Both the position numbers and the translations under genes were made by a program. Below the pieces are notes generated by a model that saw nothing but the letters and a program-made list of their open reading frames with translations, was not told where the DNA came from and did no database searches. A DNA stretch of 55,164 nt, counting the filler, from Sphacelaria rigidula (Eukaryota), in the NCBI GenBank assembly GCA_964200075.2. It is 4 parts of 4 records of this genome, joined end to end, with 100 filler letters (N's around TTAATTAATTAA, not from the genome) between each part and the next. Parts side by side here need not be neighbours in the genome. Positions count along the whole stretch, not along the records: positions 41,454 to 55,164 come from CAXNAA020002707.1; 3 more parts are not named here. One strand, 5' to 3'. The stretch's first letter is position 1, and every line of letters begins with the position of its first letter. Below, piece by piece: positions 49,200 to 55,164 of the stretch.

Positions 49200-50200
49200 A
49201 TTGCCATGCATAGATTTATACGCAATCTACCAATAGCTATTGCCGTAATCAATAGATTTGGTGTACGAAGCAGTAGCCACTGTTGTTATCAATGGATTTG
49301 GCACGCGGTCTATCGATAGTCAATGCCGTCATCAGTAGATTTGGAAAGCTATCGATCGATGCAGTTGGTCGGCCGCAATAGATTTCGGTGTAGGGCCACA
49401 GCAGACTGCTGCCCAGGCAAGGGTGTGAGAAATTGAGTGTGGAAAACTGGTCTATCGATAGACATTGCCGACGACAATAAAAAGAGAAACTTGCCGATCG
49501 ATGACCATTATGGATGACAATATTGGCATCTACTGCAGCAGATTATATTGCTATCGCGATACATGCCGTCCATTGTCCACGGTGTGATCAACTCTCGAAT
49601 TGCCGGACTACCATCGTAGACGGGGGCACCACTGTGGAGCCTGTTTCTAACTGTATTATGAAGAGGTACATCGAGACAGACGATAACAGCCAAGGCGTTA
49701 ACCGCAGCTTCAATGGCCACAGCAGCAGAAAAATCCGCACCCAGACCATTCCTCGGTGAAGCGGTGAGTCTACATTTTCACAGCCATGAATATGAAACCA
49801 AGAAAACGCACCAGAATAGCACTTTGCCCATTCGAGCCCGACACTGAAGAAGTGAGATTTGCTAAACGACGTAGGGCGCGCGACGCAATTAGGGCGGGCG
49901 TACAGGTCCATCATCGGGATATTTCAATATTTCCACCCTCGTCCGTTTCAAGAGCACGCCATCCAGCACACCAGGAGTAATTATCTGGCATTTCAACTCG
50001 AAGTCTCAGCAGCCAAGTTCAACTCGCTTCGGCTTTGCAGTTTTCAACTTCGAACATTCAATACCACGCATGGCCGGCGGTTTCGAAACTCCGACAGCGC
50101 CACGTTTGACATCTTTCTTAGTGCTGAGGTCAGGGTTACCGTTAGGGTGCTGGTTCGGAAACCCCAGTGCTATGGAGTACTGCAAACATGCGCACCCCAT
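49200..50200 (-). mobile_element. Degenerate coding repeat, copy 2, 3' part plus terminal repeats
   Basis: Homologous to 45990-46370 and 41455-41745. Confidence 0.65.
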
Positions 50201-51993
50201 TTTTGAATGTCTTTTTTCGAGGCATTTGTCACGAGCGAAATGCTTACGGTAGAGAGTGAGTCACGCCTGGCCGCGGGGCGTTGATCCTCTGCGCTCTCAA
50301 GTTACTAGCTATGCTTTCGGAGTAGCCGTGCGCAGCTCACAGCGTGCTTCCAAACCCCACTGCTATAGTTTGATGAGCCTTTGTGGTACATGCATCAACA
50401 TTCTGCACACACGACGCGAACAAGGTGGTGGTGCGCCGATGAAAAGCACCACCATGTACTGAACTATGCGATACACCACACCGCCATGCACACACAACAC
50501 AACGTATATGCCTCCCTCGCGACGTCATCAACAGCTGACGATTGCGCTATGCTCGGTAGTGTACCCACGGAAATCCTGGGATGTGTGATGAACAGACCTT
50601 ATTCCGTTTCATGACATCCACTTGAGCGGGCGCGTCACGTGTGCTGGGATGTCCCTTCGCTCTGTCCGGTCCGAACGTCACTACCCGTGACCCGGTGTGC
50701 GCAGGTCAACGCTTCTTTCAAGTCGTGCGAATTACTTCTGCCAAGAATACCGACAACAACTTGGGTGTCAAAAACCCAACCATAATAGGGCGACTTTCAT
50801 ACACACATAAATACATTTCCTGAGAAAATGTGAAGCTGCTTCTTCCATTGGTTCGTCGTTGTGCACTTCTCAATCGGCGATTATTCGAAAAAATGAGCGA
50901 CTCTGCACGTGCCATGGTTACAGTTTTTGCATTTCCCCTGGAAACGCGCTAGCTGAGTGCATGGGGTACAGGGATAGCCAGCACTTGCTTTCAAGCGGTA
51001 AAAGTGCAGCCTGCAAACAATATTGTCCGAGATGAAAGACCAGATCGTTTGTGTCGTATGCATATCGGATACAGGTGGAGTAGAGTATGGATTGGTGGGC
51101 AAATCCCACGTTACACAGAATACGATTCTCCTGTCGTTAAATTTCTCCGGCAATACAGAACATTGCCACACTGTACAATAAGTGAGGTTAGAGACAGCTG
51201 ATATTTTGTCCCATACACTCTTTTTGTATGGTTGAAAATTTGTGTTTAATAGATACACTGTCTTACCTGTTAATATCTTCACAAGACTTCTCAATCGTCG
51301 TTTCTTCGTCTGTCACCGTCATGGGGGCAAATAATACAGATAGATGTCGCGGACTAATCGACCGCCACAACTGCTCATCTTTTGATTCAAAAACACCACG
51401 CCCACGGACACACCAAAATCGGTTACTTATACCCTTGAATGCACCACACCAGGCAACCTGGACAACACAAACAGATACCTCATCACAACACAAGCTGTGA
51501 TACTGACAGTTTTCCACTCCTACCTCAACTACGGTGTCACGAACAAAAGGCTCCGAGTTCGATCAAATACAGGCACCCTTTCCGTCCGGCACATGAAAAG
51601 TAGAGGAGGTTCTTCGGGACCAGGTTGGGGTCCACGTACTGCGGGGCTCGATGAAAAGGCTCCGTACATTCCAAGTCGGCAAACAGGACAAAAACAGGCT
51701 CGTCGAAGGGCAAGTGCCCCGACATGTACGTCACACCGAAGGGATGGTTTACCACAGCAGAAAGATGAAAGACAGACAATGCCTGGCGGGCCCAGCTCAT
51801 CCTTATACTTTCCTCCCCAAAAGCAACCACGGGCACCGCACAAATACCAGAAGATAACAGCGTATCTGGCCAGGTACGTGGTACACCGCCTCGCACTCGG
51901 CGAGGCAGAGACGTCTACGACAAAGACACAGTACTTGCATGTCAGCTTCCGGTCATCCCCCAAAACTGGCGAGACATTGTTCAAGCAGCTCAC

Positions 51994-52065
51994 CTGTCAG
52001 CCGGTTTGCCGAAAGGTCCAGCAACCGTAGATCAGTAAGCAGTCCCAGCTCTTCGGGGATATCAC
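51994..52065 (-). CDS. LRR-ROCO GTPase, single 24-aa LRR exon
   Basis: ttttgctcggcacag|(G)DIPEELGLLTDLRLLDLSANRLT+G|gtgagc. Exactly 72 nt, phase 1/1, with plant-specific LRR consensus. It is phase-compatible with the Roc exon. Confidence 0.9.
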
Positions 52066-52929
52066 CTGTGCCGAGCAAAAGGGGACAGCGCGGAAAAATG
52101 ACTAGCTTAACGGATCATTTACCATCCGCAAGTAATACCTGTAAGCCGTGTGGACTGCCGCCGGTTGCTTCACCTCGTAGTCAGTGGCCGCTGTGAACGT
52201 TGTGGGTATGCCTGTTTCTCGGCTACGCGCTGGGCTTCTTCTCCTCCGGAGCGGAGTGAACCACGAGAGTTACAGACACAAAACGTAAAACATGGCGCAA
52301 TCTGCTTTGACTACCGTTATCACTACATTGTGTTATATTTCAAAGACGATTTGTCGCCTTTACTCGAGAGTTCGAGAGTGGATAGACGATGAAAGAAAAA
52401 GAAGGTCGCGTTCAGGACATTTTGTTGTGTCGGAACGATACGGAGTAAAACCCCGTTTGTCGAGGGGGTGTCATTGACCGCATATGGCCCAGGACACACG
52501 GTTTCTGGTCGTAGCGCAATGAGCATCGAGGAAGAAAAACAAACTGAGATCATGCGATTGTTCTGTTTCACGACCCGAATGGGTTCGGATGGATAGTAAT
52601 GTCAACGAGCAAGAACCGGGGGCTGTACTCTCGTAGGACCCTCGAAGACGGGTGAGCCCGTATGTCGTTCAAAATTGGTCGCAGGTCATATTTGTCTCCC
52701 CGAAACTCGTATCGAGTCCTCATGCTTCTTGATTCTCAGAGTTTGTGATCAACAGAAGCCATGATAAAGACGTGGTAACCGGAATACCCCCCAAACCCCC
52801 ATAGGTTCGAACATTCCTGGTACAAAGGCACCTACGCCACACTGAAGATATAAACCCGTAGATGTGTTTGATGAAGAAACTTGCGAAGCATCGTGGTCCT
52901 TTCGAAGTAGCCCATTGATCGCCGCCAGC

Positions 52930-53860
52930 ATCTCATGCACGTACTATTTTCAACAAAGAGTGTGCGTGTAATGCCTCAACATGTGGCACGAAAAAAACGA
53001 CAGCCCGCGAACAATGAAGCCGTTCCGATTGTAGGCAGTATTACACACTACGGACACCACTGCGGAGGTGGGCACAGGATGTATCCATGTTGCCCCACAA
53101 CGCGCGGGGAACGGCAGTAATGCGTTTCGTATGCTGAGCCAACACATGTCACCTGGTGCGTCTGGAATCATCTTGTCCTCCCCGTGTGCCAACAACAAAA
53201 AACACCCCGAACACCCCACGGCACCCCACACAACACAATTTTCTCTTCCCGTTTTTCTTCTTCTTCCCCTTTCTGTTTTTCTTCATTTTCTCTTCTTCCT
53301 GTTTGATATCTATGCACACTGTCGAGAAAGGCAGTTCAACCTCACGTCCTATGGCTACTGATTGCACGACTGAACATGCGACGGACCTGGAGGATACGGA
53401 GACTAGGCTATGCTTGCTCCTATTTGACAGCCTAGTAATACACATGATCGAAATTTGATTGCACTAGCGAGCGCTGTGTACATTAACCTTCACGTCTTGT
53501 CTTAATTCCTCGGGCTCAATTGCCAATTCAACAGGAAATAACCCTGCCGGTCGAAGGATTCATCAATGTTGATACGCAAAGGCGGATGTGTACCACCAGT
53601 CTGTTTCCTCTTGAGTACTAGATATCAATGACCCCGACTGCTTTCATGTATCGATGACGGTCGGTGCAGGGTGATCTGATGTGCGTCTCCCAGCCATTTT
53701 TCACCACGAGGCACCGATAAATGTGAATGTTACTGGGCGGCGCCATCTAATCGTAGGGGGGATGCACTTTTCATCGCCATCACCCTTCGATAATGAGAAG
53801 TGCTGAAACTTAAGGAAATCGCGGGCGACGTTTTCGCCACGACCAAGAGTACGTTCACTT
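52930..53860 (-). mobile_element. Degenerate coding repeat, copy 2, 5' part
   Basis: Homologous to 46740-47600 (e.g. gactaggct(g/a)tgcttgctcctatttgacagcct; gcgacgttttcgccacgaccaa). Confidence 0.7.
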
Positions 53861-55164
53861 GAATCCTCGCAAACGTCATGGAGTTTCGGAAACACATTTT
53901 GATTTCGCCTCAACTCTTCCGCAACACTACCTTTCCCCCGCAACACACATGTTGAACTAAAAATGGTGAAAGAATTGCAGTAAGTTTCCCAATCAGTGCT
54001 GCGCCGAAAGAAGAAAAAATCTCGACTACCTGAAAACCCGCATACAAGAGTCATAGTATAAGACTTCAGGTGGAACTAGCCGCAAAGTAGGTGTACTTCA
54101 CACGGCCGTGGAGCTCCACACCAAGTAGTGCAGGTCCGACACGCGACACGACTGCGAAGCTTTGAACAAGGCAGGAGCGTTGGTGCTGGTTCATGACTGA
54201 AAAGGTGACGTTTAAGTGACAAACTACCGCGTTGGGTGGTAAGAACACTGTTGCTGTGCACCCTAAGCTGGGGAGGGAAGGTTAGTTCGATGTGCGGCGA
54301 CCACGCAGGTCCAACCGGGTCTGGAGCACGAAGACGGTGTTATGCATCATGTATAGATTCCATGGGGAAAAGAATCGCGTGAAATCGTTCAGTGCACAAG
54401 GTTAGCGACACGATTATCCGCAGGCACCCCTGGTGGTGAGGTTGAACCGTGTGAAGTTTGACATTCGCAGCAGTTTCTTCATAAATTCCAATATAAACAC
54501 TGCCATGCACCGCCGCTCGCTTTTGTTTTTACTGTACTGTATTTGATGTACATGAATTTATTGTGCTGTGTTTGAAGTAGAGTACAGTACAGCAGGTGTT
54601 GTGAGTGTCAGTATACGATAAGGGGTTACGTCGCGTGCTGCTGGCTACAACGCTGTACACTGTTTTGGACATGGATACGTTCAGGGCACATTCATTGATC
54701 CGCAGGAAAAGGGACCACGCACCCCGGCCACTGCAAGTGTAGGAAACGCACTGTATTGAGACTGAATACCCTGCTTGTGGAGACCTAATGGTATATATTC
54801 ATCTGTTTAATATTCAACGGGGGTGCCCCGCCCCCTTCCTCGCGGAGCACGCCATTAACAAACCATGGTTCAGGCCCCATGTTATCGCCACGCTGTTATT
54901 CTCATGTACAAACACCTCGCCTCTATTACCCCCCAATGAATGACTTCGTTCCTGTGTCGTGAATATATGGGTTATGGCGGATACCAAACACGGTGACTGC
55001 CCATGTGTGTAAGCAGCTGAGCTGCAGAGCCAGATCCGCAGCACATGGGTGATGGTGATCGCGGCCTCGATCGCGTAATCATGTCTGCCTTCCTCATTGC
55101 TGCGTGTTTGTCGCAGCTCTGGGATCATGGACACGCGCCGCGGGGATACCACGGCGATAGACCA

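Noticed and set aside
31984..52065. LRR-Roc to alpha/beta-hydrolase fusion gene, or an immune cluster with MLO
   Set aside because: The parts lie on different contigs joined by artificial spacers in size order, so there is no evidence of linkage.

Overview
This is eukaryotic, intron-rich, TE-dense DNA, most likely from a brown alga (Phaeophyceae). That assignment is inferred from a ROCO gene with a 72-nt phase-1 LRR exon and a stramenopile-type HA-repeat gene. The window is not one locus. It is four contigs (1-13720, 13821-27539, 27640-41353, 41454-55164; lengths 13720, 13719, 13714 and 13711 bp, in descending order) joined by artificial 100-nt N/TTAATTAATTAA/N spacers, so no linkage can be inferred across the gaps. 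Manual splicing with GT-AG sites and matching phases recovers one minus-strand gene per contig that the ORF track shows only in pieces. (1) The 5' part of an MLO-family membrane protein, with a predicted signal peptide and a His/Ser-rich N-terminus. (2) Part of a helicase-associated (HA)-like repeat protein. (3) A nearly complete six-exon alpha/beta-hydrolase (AHSQG motif, about 310 aa). (4) Part of an LRR-ROCO GTPase (one LRR exon plus the Roc exon). The introns contain a fragmented LINE with a C-rich tail, tRNA-derived SINEs, hAT-, piggyBac- and PIF/Harbinger-like MITEs (several with clear target-site duplications), long foldback palindromes and minisatellites. I found no rRNA, no genuine tRNA gene and no CRISPR array. 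I cannot support a wholly new multi-gene system. The best leads are the unusual MLO N-terminus and the ROCO LRR exon lying between collinear duplicated blocks.
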